48,998 bases of DNA from Promethearchaeota archaeon (lineage in GTDB: Archaea > Asgardarchaeota > Lokiarchaeia > Sigyniarchaeales > SOKP01), in assembly GCA_048941285.1 (NCBI GenBank), contig JBHLNS010000024.1, positions 1-48,998 on the forward strand, in the 5' to 3' direction. The notes under the pieces are model-generated. The model did not search any database. It saw nothing but the letters and a program-made list of their open reading frames with translations, and was not told where the DNA came from. Below, in pieces: positions 19,451 to 28,228 of the stretch; within the stretch, counting starts at the first letter, position 1, and each line of letters opens with the position of its first letter. The position numbers and the translations under genes are program-made.

Positions 19451-20008
19451 ATGGAAGGAATTAAACAAGAAGGACTAGAATTAACATATAAGATTTGTAT
19501 TTTCGGAGATAAAAACGTTGGAAAGACAACATTGGTAAATCGTTATGTCACAAATAAATTTCATGAAAATATACAAATGACTCTTGGGGCAACAATACAT
19601 GTTAAATACTTAGAGTTAGAGAATGGAACAATAACACTTCAAGTATGGGATTTTGGTGGTCAAAAGAGGTTTAAATTCCTGATATCAGCTTATGCTCAAG
19701 GTGCAGCTGGAGGAATTTTTATGTTTGATCTTACTAATTATGAAAGTTTAATTGCTTTAAATGATTGGCTTCCAGAATTTGGGAAGTCAGTTAGATCTAT
19801 ACCTCTCATAATGGTTGGTGGCAAACTAGACCTTGAACAACAAAGGGATTGTAAAAAAGATGAAGTGTTAGACATAATGAAACCATATCAATTCCATAAA
19901 TATATTGAATGTTCATCAAAAACAGGAGAGAATGTAGAATTAGTATTTAGAGTTTTATTATTTAAAATTCTTGAAGAGAGAGGATATAAATACATAAAAT
20001 TTAAATGA
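19451..20008 (+). CDS. Rab-like small GTPase
   Basis: GDKNVGKT (G1), TLG (G2), WDFGGQ (G3), GGKLD (G4), CSSKTG (G5); no C-terminal Cys prenylation motif. Confidence 0.93.
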   Translation: MEGIKQEGLELTYKICIFGDKNVGKTTLVNRYVTNKFHENIQMTLGATIHVKYLELENGTITLQVWDFGGQKRFKFLISAYAQGAAGGIFMFDLTNYESLIALNDWLPEFGKSVRSIPLIMVGGKLDLEQQRDCKKDEVLDIMKPYQFHKYIECSSKTGENVELVFRVLLFKILEERGYKYIKFK

Positions 20009-20131
20009 GTTATCATGTTTATGGATGACAGGTTTAAAGAAAAGATGGGATCGATTTCCGAATGGTTAAGGAAAGATTACAAAAATTTTAATTGGATTTA
20101 AGATTAAACCTAAATATAAATTTATTAAATT

Positions 20132-20297
20132 GGGCCAGTGGTCTAGTGGTTATGGTTCAATTTTTTAAAAAAATTGAATAGTATACGTCGCGCTAATATA
20201 ATATTAAGCATATTATACCACGAATACACCGCGAAGGTCGAGAGTTCAATTGGGAAAAAGATTTCTTTTTTTCTTGGAATCCTCTCCTGGCCCACCA
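20132..20297 (+). tRNA. tRNA-Val(TAC) with three introns (20155..20184, 20195..20224, 20251..20280) and encoded CCA
   Basis: Removing the three 30-nt segments gives a 76-nt cloverleaf: GGGCCAG TG GTCTAGTGGTTATGAC G TCGCG CT TAC AC CGCGA AGGTC GAGAG TTCAATC CTCTC CTGGCCC A CCA. Each junction folds into a BHB-like motif. Confidence 0.88.
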
Positions 20298-20298
20298 T

Positions 20299-21114
20299 TT
20301 ACTTAACTGTTTTAAAAAGTTCTTTTATTTTTTCAGGTCTTAATGCACTTAATTTGCAATTTCTCAGCTCATTACCAATATGAGCAATGATTCCGGGGGC
20401 ATTAGAACCCTCTTTTAGGAGAACAAGATTTTCCAAAAAACCAAATCTTTTTACTGTAATAATGTCTCGAAAATGGCCCTTCTTTGTCAATATTTTCTTA
20501 AATTGACCTTTAGTTTCTCCACTTAAAAATACAGCTTCGAGATTTTCTTTTAAGATTTTCTGAAAGAAATCTAAAGTTTTTGGAGCTAGTTCACCTAATA
20601 TTTTATGGTTAACAGAATCAATTTCAGTAATTTTAATATCTACAGGGAAATTATTAATGAAATCATAAGCCTCAATAATCTCCTTTACAGATCTTTCCTT
20701 TCCCTCGCATAATTGTTCTCTTAAAGTGTGCAAGTTTACAAGTACATCAACATGCGGATTTAAAATAGCACAATCTACATAAAGTCCAAATCCAACTTTC
20801 CCAACATCTGTAAGGCTACCCCTGTATAGTTTATTAATAGATACATCTTTAAAATTTTGAATACTTCCAATTTCTTTTTTTAACAAATTAATTATAAATT
20901 GTTCTTCTGGCCCAGTGATACTAATTTCAAATCTTTTGTCGAATTTCCTTAATTTTTTTATTTGAATAGAGGTATCAGTAAACCCTTTGATACGCTCCTT
21001 TAAATACTTAAGATATCTAAGGTAAATATCTTCTTTGTTTCCTCGATCTGAAACATTATAGATTTTATCAAATAAAACTAAATTTTGTACCATAAAATAA
21101 AACTCAAATGCCAT
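20299..21114 (-). CDS. DUF2110-like archaeal protein with an S1/OB-like domain
   Basis: DVGKVGFGLYVD, GHFRDII...GFLE, SNAPGIIAHIG. Confidence 0.75.
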   Translation of the reverse strand: MAFEFYFMVQNLVLFDKIYNVSDRGNKEDIYLRYLKYLKERIKGFTDTSIQIKKLRKFDKRFEISITGPEEQFIINLLKKEIGSIQNFKDVSINKLYRGSLTDVGKVGFGLYVDCAILNPHVDVLVNLHTLREQLCEGKERSVKEIIEAYDFINNFPVDIKITEIDSVNHKILGELAPKTLDFFQKILKENLEAVFLSGETKGQFKKILTKKGHFRDIITVKRFGFLENLVLLKEGSNAPGIIAHIGNELRNCKLSALRPEKIKELFKTVK

Positions 21115-21270
21115 TATCTATAAGCTATTAAATAATTAAATCTCTTTAATGTAAAATACTTTCCTTTAATTTTGAAATGTAGAAGGTTTGTTCTAAAAAG
21201 ATTTAAATTCTAAAATTTTTATCATTCTTTCAATAACAATAAAAGAGATTTATTCGAAAGTTGGAGAATT

Positions 21271-21642
21271 ATGGAAGAACAAAGATTTAATAATTTAGTT
21301 GAAGCACTAAATGAATATGAAGGAGTGGAGGAAGTTTTTTTACTAAATAATGAAGGAGATATTGTTTTTAAATCAGGGGATTTTCCTTTATCAAATGAAG
21401 AAGCTATGGAAATATTAAATGCTTGGAAAACTAAAGAGGCGGCTCTTAATTATCAGAATTATCGATTTGCAATTTTAAAAAATGATGATATACAATTGGC
21501 GGCTAAAAACATTGGCGCAGGAAAAGGGAACATCGTAGGGTCCATCACCAAAGAAGGAGATTATCTTGTTGCCCATACAAGAGATGAAGGGATGATATTA
21601 TTAGAGTGGTCAATTTTTATAAATAAAGTAGCATGGTCATAA
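21271..21642 (+). CDS. Profilin-like protein (Asgard type)
   Basis: 123 aa; VFLLNNEGDIVFKSGDF...AW...YRFAILK...LAAKN..GKGNIVG follows the profilin strand/helix order. Confidence 0.65.
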   Translation: MEEQRFNNLVEALNEYEGVEEVFLLNNEGDIVFKSGDFPLSNEEAMEILNAWKTKEAALNYQNYRFAILKNDDIQLAAKNIGAGKGNIVGSITKEGDYLVAHTRDEGMILLEWSIFINKVAWS

Positions 21643-21837
21643 AATGGTAAGAAAAAAATTTAAATTAACCTTCTTAATTCTCTTTTCAACACTCTTTTTT
21701 TAAAATAATCTATGATCCTATTAAGCTGCCATTAGACTTGATATAAAAAAGCTAAAAATATTATTATGTCATTTTGAAGAACCTTGAATTGCTCCTTTAA
21801 TTTAATAAATTTTCACTTTAATAAGACCGTACATAAA

Positions 21838-22761
21838 TCATATGTTATTTTTATGCTTTTTAAAGGATATTAGAGTCGATAAAAATACCGAAATAAACAA
21901 AATAATACTTCCAATCAAAATCCAGAAATTGTAATTTCGACCAAATAAAAATATATCTATCGCGAATGGAACAATAACTTGAAGAAGTAAAAGTAAAGAT
22001 GCTTGATTAGCATTTAAAGTTTTCATTGCCATAAAATACATATAAAATGCAATAATTGTAGAAAACATTACAAGAGAGAGTAACCAAATCCATGTATCTT
22101 GAGAAGGAATAACGTATTCACCTGTAATTATCATCGTAAGCATACTAAATAATGAGATTATAACTAATGTAACATAAAACAAACTAATTGAATCTAAATT
22201 ATTGTCATGTAATTTTTGGATATAGGAAGTGTAGGTTATATATAATCCTAAGAATAATGCTGATGAGATTAACACTATTATTCCAACTAAAGAAAAAGAA
22301 CTGTTGTTAAGAAATGCTAGATTTCCTTCAGAAATAATAAAAAAAATTCCAATTAAACTCGTTATTACAGCAATTAAATGATATACTTTTAAATGTTGCT
22401 TTAATAAAATCCAAGAGAAAAAGGGAACCATTAGTGCATAAGTTATAGTCAATAAAGTTGCTAAGCCCGCTGGAATTTGAAGCTCTTGACCTAAATATTG
22501 CAGAATTAACCCTAACCCTTCAAATATACCAATAAGCCATACATATTTATTCTTAAATAAGATAGTAAGTTGATCACGTTTCTTAATTAAAATTAAAGGA
22601 GTTAATAATATCACTGAAATAGCAAAACGATAAAAAAGAAATGGTACAGAGGATATTGAATTTAAACCTAATTCCACAAAAGTGCTTGATAAACCTGATC
22701 CGACTATAGCGATTGAGATAAAAATAATAGCTTTATTCTTCGCTCTTGAATCTTTTTCCAT
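21838..22761 (-). CDS. DMT/EamA family transporter
   Basis: About 10 TM helices in two repeats; FLFYRF, AGLATLL, ANQASLL. Confidence 0.88.
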   Translation of the reverse strand: MEKDSRAKNKAIIFISIAIVGSGLSSTFVELGLNSISSVPFLFYRFAISVILLTPLILIKKRDQLTILFKNKYVWLIGIFEGLGLILQYLGQELQIPAGLATLLTITYALMVPFFSWILLKQHLKVYHLIAVITSLIGIFFIISEGNLAFLNNSSFSLVGIIVLISSALFLGLYITYTSYIQKLHDNNLDSISLFYVTLVIISLFSMLTMIITGEYVIPSQDTWIWLLSLVMFSTIIAFYMYFMAMKTLNANQASLLLLLQVIVPFAIDIFLFGRNYNFWILIGSIILFISVFLSTLISFKKHKNNI

Positions 22762-23052
22762 TGACTCAATTTATCAATTTGTTCTCTTTTATAAGCAATT
22801 TAAACCTATTATCTCTTATATACTTTCATTTAATTTGAATTTTATGAAAAAACACATAATTGTTATAAAAAAATATCCAAATTTTCAAGATAAATATTTA
22901 TGCCTTTCTTGATTCCCTTTTTAACCCCCTCTTTTTAAAATATTTAAAAAAAATATTTATTATATTATTTATTACTACTTTTTAACTATAGAAAATAAAT
23001 ACAAAAAATAATATAAATAGATAAATATCAAAAACTTTTAAGGTGAATCTAA

Positions 23053-23772
23053 GTGTTCCAGCAAGCAGGAAGAGGTTATGATATGGCTATAACCCAATTT
23101 TCACCCGAAGGTCGGCTTTTTCAAGTTGAATATGCTATTGAAGCCGTCCGAAGGGGAACCACGGCAATTGTATGTAGGAATAAAACTTCCGTGGTATTTG
23201 CTGTTGAAAAGAAAAGTACTGAACTTCAAGAGCAAAGTACAGGTTCAGAAAAAATATTTAAGATTGATAACCATATAGGAGTAGCAATTGCAGGACTTAC
23301 TGCTGATGCAAGAGTGCTTATTGACCGAGCTCGTGTTCAAGCTCAGGTTAATTTATTAAATTATGATGAAAGGATTTCTGTTAAAGATAGCACTTTAAAT
23401 ATATGTGAATACAAACAAGTATTTACCCAAAATGCAGGAGTACGTCCTTTTGGAGTTTCCTTTCTAATTGCTGGGATTGATTCTAATAATCAACCTTCCT
23501 TATATTTAACGGACCCAAGTGGAGCAATGTGGGGTTATAAAGCTTTTGCTATTGGCTCTGGAGCTACGGAAGCGAGAGCTTTCCTTGAAGAACATTATAA
23601 TGAGGATATGAGTGATGAGGATTTGAAATTATTGCCTGTAAAAGCATTAAAAGAATTGATGGGTGATAATTTGTCTAAAAACACATGTGATGTAGCTTTT
23701 ATATTAAAAGATGATAAAAATTTTAAGCTACTAAGTTTGGATGAAAAAGAAGAATTATTGACAAAAATATAG
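23053..23772 (+). CDS. psmA: Proteasome alpha subunit
   Basis: YD.AITQFSPEGRLFQVEYA, GLTADAR, RPFGVS, TDPSG. Confidence 0.97.
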   Translation: MFQQAGRGYDMAITQFSPEGRLFQVEYAIEAVRRGTTAIVCRNKTSVVFAVEKKSTELQEQSTGSEKIFKIDNHIGVAIAGLTADARVLIDRARVQAQVNLLNYDERISVKDSTLNICEYKQVFTQNAGVRPFGVSFLIAGIDSNNQPSLYLTDPSGAMWGYKAFAIGSGATEARAFLEEHYNEDMSDEDLKLLPVKALKELMGDNLSKNTCDVAFILKDDKNFKLLSLDEKEELLTKI

Positions 23773-23865
23773 TTAAGGTTTAGCCCCTTTATATTTATCT
23801 CATAACAGGAAGACAAAAAATAGGAATAATAATAAGTTAAGAATTTCAATCAGTGAAATAGTTTT

Positions 23866-24657
23866 ATGATTGATCGAGCAAGGATTGATTTAGGCGGTTA
23901 TATAGTAGGGCGAGTTGAGAACTCAGGAAGAACTTTTGAAATGTTAATGGATCCTGAAAAAGCTTGGGAAGCTAAAAAAATCATTCGTGAAGAAATCAAT
24001 AAAAGATTAAAAGAAGGTAAAGAAAAATCTCGTCTTAGTATAGATGAGATATTAAATCATCCAAATATTGATTTAGAACTTATTTTTGAAAGTTTTATTG
24101 TATTTGAAGATTTAAGAAGAGGAAAAAAAGCCACAGATGGAGATATGGAAGTAGTATTTAATACTACGGATGGGATGAGAATTGGGGCATATATCCTATT
24201 AGATGGAGAGATACATTGGACACAAGCTCAAAGAGAAGAAGAACGACAAAAGAAATTGAAACAAATTATAACAATTATTAGTAAAAATGCTATAAATCCT
24301 CAAAATAAAAAACCTCATCCATATCAACGAATTGAAAAGGCAATTGAAGAAGCTAAGGTTAAAATTGATTTAATGAGGAGTGCCGAAGAGCAAGTTGATG
24401 ATGTTGTTAAGAGTATAAGAGCTATTATTCCTATAAGAATAGAACAAGTCGAAATGGCGATTAAAATTCCAACTGCTTTTACAGCGAAAGGTTATAATAT
24501 AGTCGCTCAATATGTACAAATTAAGAAAGAAGAGTGGCAATCTGATGGTTCTTGGGTTGCTGTAGTAACTTTACCCGCAGGATTACAAATGGAATTGGTT
24601 GATAAATTAAATAAACTCACTCATGGAAGAGTACAAACAAAAATTTTGAAAGCCTAG
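23866..24657 (+). CDS. sdo1: Ribosome maturation factor SBDS/Sdo1
   Basis: GRTFE, INPQNKKPHPYQRIEKA, EEWQSDGSW, PAGLQ; position in the superoperon. Confidence 0.95.
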   Translation: MIDRARIDLGGYIVGRVENSGRTFEMLMDPEKAWEAKKIIREEINKRLKEGKEKSRLSIDEILNHPNIDLELIFESFIVFEDLRRGKKATDGDMEVVFNTTDGMRIGAYILLDGEIHWTQAQREEERQKKLKQIITIISKNAINPQNKKPHPYQRIEKAIEEAKVKIDLMRSAEEQVDDVVKSIRAIIPIRIEQVEMAIKIPTAFTAKGYNIVAQYVQIKKEEWQSDGSWVAVVTLPAGLQMELVDKLNKLTHGRVQTKILKA

Positions 24658-24734
24658 CCTAAAAGTTTTTGGAGTTCTTTATTTATAATATTTTTTTGCA
24701 TAGGTTAGGAGAATAACAAAATTATAGAAAAGAT

Positions 24735-25529
24735 GTGAGTACTATAATGGAAAATAACGATGAAGAAACAATGGATGATGAGTTCGAAGATTTTGAAGAC
24801 GAGGAAGATACAAGAGAAGTTGTTGTGCCTGGAGAAGTTTTAACTGAAGATGTACAAAATTATTTACCAGGAAGGGGAACAATATTAAATAAAGAAAGAA
24901 ATAAAATAATTTCTTTAAATATTGGGTTAAAACAAATAAAAAAGAATTATATTAATGTAATTCCTCTAAGGGGATTCTATACACCCCGTCCTGGGGATAA
25001 AGTTATTGCTTTAGTAGTTGATAAAAATCCTGTAAAATACAAGTGCGATATTAATTCTAAAGACTTTGGTCAACTCAAGCCAAAAAATACAATAAAAAAG
25101 GGGAGAACAAGAGGGTTTAGAGGCGGTCCACCTGTACGTGAGGAGGCAAGTACTGAAAAATTTGACATAGGCGACGTTTTAATTGTAAAAGTTCTCTCTG
25201 CCGATCGGTTAAATAAACCAGAATTAACTACTGTTGGAAAATACTTAGGAAAGAAAATAGGTGGTATTATTATTACAATAGATCCTCCAAAAATTCCAAG
25301 GGTAATTGGTAGAAATGGGTCAATGATAAAAATGTTAAAAAATTTAACTAAATGTAATATATTTGTAACCCAAAATGGTCGAATATGGCTAAAAGGAGAG
25401 GACATTGCACATGAAAGGCTATTAATTGAATCTATTCATAAAATTGCTTCTGAAGCTCATACTGTTGGTTTAACTGATAGAATGCAAGAATATATAATTA
25501 ATGAAAAAAAGAAAAGAGGTATTGAATGA
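24735..25529 (+). CDS. rrp4: Exosome RNA-binding subunit Rrp4
   Basis: VVVPGE, YTPRPGDKVI (S1), KIPRVIGRNGSMI (KH), EAHTVGLTDR. Confidence 0.95.
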   Translation: MSTIMENNDEETMDDEFEDFEDEEDTREVVVPGEVLTEDVQNYLPGRGTILNKERNKIISLNIGLKQIKKNYINVIPLRGFYTPRPGDKVIALVVDKNPVKYKCDINSKDFGQLKPKNTIKKGRTRGFRGGPPVREEASTEKFDIGDVLIVKVLSADRLNKPELTTVGKYLGKKIGGIIITIDPPKIPRVIGRNGSMIKMLKNLTKCNIFVTQNGRIWLKGEDIAHERLLIESIHKIASEAHTVGLTDRMQEYIINEKKKRGIE

Positions 25530-26306
25530 ATGCCATTATTAATTAAAGATGAATATCCTAAAACTTTATTTCGTGAAGATGGGAAAAGATTAGATGGTCG
25601 AGCTGTTAATGAACTAAGACCTTTAAAAATGGAAGTTGGTATTATACCAAATGCAGATGGGTCAGCATATTTAGAATGGGGCAATAATAAAATTTTTGCT
25701 GCAGTTTACGGTCCACGGGAAGTGCACCCGCACCACTTAGCAAAACCAGATAAGGGAATTTTACGAGTTTTTTATAGAATGGCTACATTTTCTGTTTTTG
25801 ATAGGAAGAGACCTGCGCCTGGACGTCGCGAAAAAGAAATATCAATGATAGTATCTGATTGCATTGAACCTTTACTTTTTCTCGAACTTTATCCTGGTAC
25901 TAGTTTTGAAGTTTTTATAGAAGTTATGGATGCTGATGGTGGAACTAGATGTGCAAGTACAACAGTAGCAGCATTAGCTCTAGCTGATGCGGGAGTCCCC
26001 ATGAAAAGTTTGGTATCAGCTATTGCCGTCGGAAAAATTGATGGAAAGAAAGTTGTTGATCTTTCTGGCATAGAAGATAAAGCAGGAGAAGCAGATTTAC
26101 CTATTGCAATCACTTGGTACAATGAAGAGATCTCCCTCTTACAATTCGATGGGGACATGGATTTAGATGAGATGAATGAATTTCTTGATCTAGCTAAAGA
26201 TGCTTTAAAAGAAATTCACCAAATCCAATTGAATGCGCTAAAAAGTAAATACATAAAATTACAAGAAGAAACTTTAAAAGATAAAGAAGAAAAAGGTGAA
26301 AAATAA
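25530..26306 (+). CDS. rrp41: Exosome catalytic subunit Rrp41
   Basis: RLDGR..ELRP, ADGSAY, VYGPRE, ADGGTR, EDKAGEAD. Confidence 0.97.
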   Translation: MPLLIKDEYPKTLFREDGKRLDGRAVNELRPLKMEVGIIPNADGSAYLEWGNNKIFAAVYGPREVHPHHLAKPDKGILRVFYRMATFSVFDRKRPAPGRREKEISMIVSDCIEPLLFLELYPGTSFEVFIEVMDADGGTRCASTTVAALALADAGVPMKSLVSAIAVGKIDGKKVVDLSGIEDKAGEADLPIAITWYNEEISLLQFDGDMDLDEMNEFLDLAKDALKEIHQIQLNALKSKYIKLQEETLKDKEEKGEK

Positions 26307-26308
26307 AA

Positions 26309-27142
26309 ATGATGGATGTTAGACGAATTATCTCAAAAATTGAAAGAGATTATATTATTTCAAATCTTAAAAAAGAAGAAAGAATTGATGGTAGAGGATT
26401 CTGGGAATATCGTGAATTCAAAATTGAGAGTGATGTAATAGCTTCAGCAGAAGGTTCAACAGATGTCTCATTAGGGAAAACAAGGATTATAACAGGATTA
26501 AAATATGAAGTAGGAGAACCCTTCCCTGATCTTCCAGATGAAGGGGTTTGTACAGTTATGGCAGAATTACTTCCAATCGCATCTCCTTTATTTGAGAGAG
26601 GACCTCCCGATGAACAATCGATCGAATTAGCTCGTGTCGTTGATCGTGGAATTAGGCATGCAGATTGCGTTCAAACTAAAAAACTTTGCATAAAAGAAGG
26701 AGTATCTGTTTACATTCTATTTGTTGATATGTACGTAATCAATTATCAAGGAAATTTAATAGATGCTGGTGCAGTAGGTGCACTAACCTCGTTAATATCT
26801 TCCCATATTCCTGAAGGTGTTTGGAATGAAGAAAAAGGTGAAGCAGAATGGACTGGGAAATATTTTACTGGTAAAGATATTATTAAAGAATTACCGTTGG
26901 CTATGACATATTGTAAAATCGATGATATAATTTTCTTGGATCCAAATTTACCCGAAGAATTAGTAAGTGATGGTAAAATATCGATTTCAGCTACTGAATC
27001 TAAAATAACTTCAATTCAAAAAAGTGGTGCCGCTACATTTTCAATTGATGAAATTAAAATGTTAGCCAAAAAATCTTTGGAAATAAGCAAAAAATTGAGA
27101 AAGGATTTAAATCTTTTTCAATATCAAGCAAAAATCAAATAA
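26309..27142 (+). CDS. rrp42: Exosome subunit Rrp42
   Basis: RIDGR, AEGS, PFPDLPDEG, GPPDE..IELARVVDRGIR. Confidence 0.97.
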   Translation: MMDVRRIISKIERDYIISNLKKEERIDGRGFWEYREFKIESDVIASAEGSTDVSLGKTRIITGLKYEVGEPFPDLPDEGVCTVMAELLPIASPLFERGPPDEQSIELARVVDRGIRHADCVQTKKLCIKEGVSVYILFVDMYVINYQGNLIDAGAVGALTSLISSHIPEGVWNEEKGEAEWTGKYFTGKDIIKELPLAMTYCKIDDIIFLDPNLPEELVSDGKISISATESKITSIQKSGAATFSIDEIKMLAKKSLEISKKLRKDLNLFQYQAKIK

Positions 27143-27254
27143 TTTTTATAAATTTTTTTATACTTTATTTTATTATTTCTTTAGTTTGATAATAGACATT
27201 AATCATATTTTAGTTTTAATTGGAAATAATTGAATTTCATTAAATATCTAATCG

Positions 27255-28217
27255 TTATACCCTTCTCAAAGTTTCAAATGAACCATACCCCCCTACTATT
27301 CCATTTAATTCAAAATTTCCCATCGATTGAACTAAAACTGATTGATTTCCTCCCTTATCTACGAAAGGAATCGGTATAATTGGCCCTACAGTCGCTTTTA
27401 AAGTATATTTCTCACCCATTGCATCAATAATGTAAAGCTCTGAGCTTATTGGGAGTACTCCGTCTTCTTTAAATTTCTGATCTACAATTCGAATATTCTT
27501 TAATGGAATATTATCTCCCTTTTTAAATATAAAACCTCCCGTGGATAATTTACCATCATCAGTGATTATTGCTGCTGGATTTATTGCTAAATCTTTATTA
27601 AACCACACTACATAATATAGCCAATTCCCAACTCCTGTCCAATCCCGAACACCATATGTATGGTCTCTTTGCCCTAGTGAATTTCTTAATATATAGTTTT
27701 CTTCACCTATTTTGATATTACCAGACAATTTAGCAATTTGTTCCCAATGTTTTTCTCCCGCCTTCTTTCCTATTTCTAATGATTCTCGTGTCATATGTTC
27801 ACTATACTCGTAAATATCATTTATTGGTTCAAAAGAGATATCCATATTTACTTTTTGAGTTCCACTAATTAGTTTTGGATTTTCACTTACTTTTGGTAAA
27901 TCTTCAGGATTTTTAACTATAATCATATTTCCTTGAAACAAATATTTCCAATTGGATTGAGATTTACATTGATGGCAAACGCCTCCAATTTTGAGTGATT
28001 TTGTGTAATTTTTGATTTTTTGTTCTCTATAATATCCTGCAGCAGAACCATTAGGGAGAAATAAGAAGAAAAAGGTCATTCCTTCCTGTTTATTCGGTTT
28101 AAAACCTAATCGAGTCATTCCCCCTAGATTATTTTCTTGATCGTAAAAAACAAAGTAATAAGATTCATTCCATTCAGGATTTTGTGTTGTAAAATTTGAA
28201 TGAGTTAAAGGTTCCAA
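27255..28217 (-). CDS. AttH/CrtC/tocopherol-cyclase-like beta-barrel protein
   Basis: WNESYYF, HWEQ, GQRDHTYGVRDW motifs; fold assignment is inferred. Confidence 0.55.
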   Translation of the reverse strand: MEPLTHSNFTTQNPEWNESYYFVFYDQENNLGGMTRLGFKPNKQEGMTFFFLFLPNGSAAGYYREQKIKNYTKSLKIGGVCHQCKSQSNWKYLFQGNMIIVKNPEDLPKVSENPKLISGTQKVNMDISFEPINDIYEYSEHMTRESLEIGKKAGEKHWEQIAKLSGNIKIGEENYILRNSLGQRDHTYGVRDWTGVGNWLYYVVWFNKDLAINPAAIITDDGKLSTGGFIFKKGDNIPLKNIRIVDQKFKEDGVLPISSELYIIDAMGEKYTLKATVGPIIPIPFVDKGGNQSVLVQSMGNFELNGIVGGYGSFETLRRV

Positions 28218-28228
28218 CTTTTTCCACC

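Noticed and set aside
20174-20383. 69-aa ORF from the supplied track
   Set aside because: It overlaps the triple-intron tRNA-Val and the antisense end of the DUF2110-like gene, and has no protein motifs.
23053-23100. Proteasome alpha gate motif reads YDM instead of YDR
   Set aside because: This is a single-residue variant with Tyr and Asp retained, and is too weak to interpret without an alignment.
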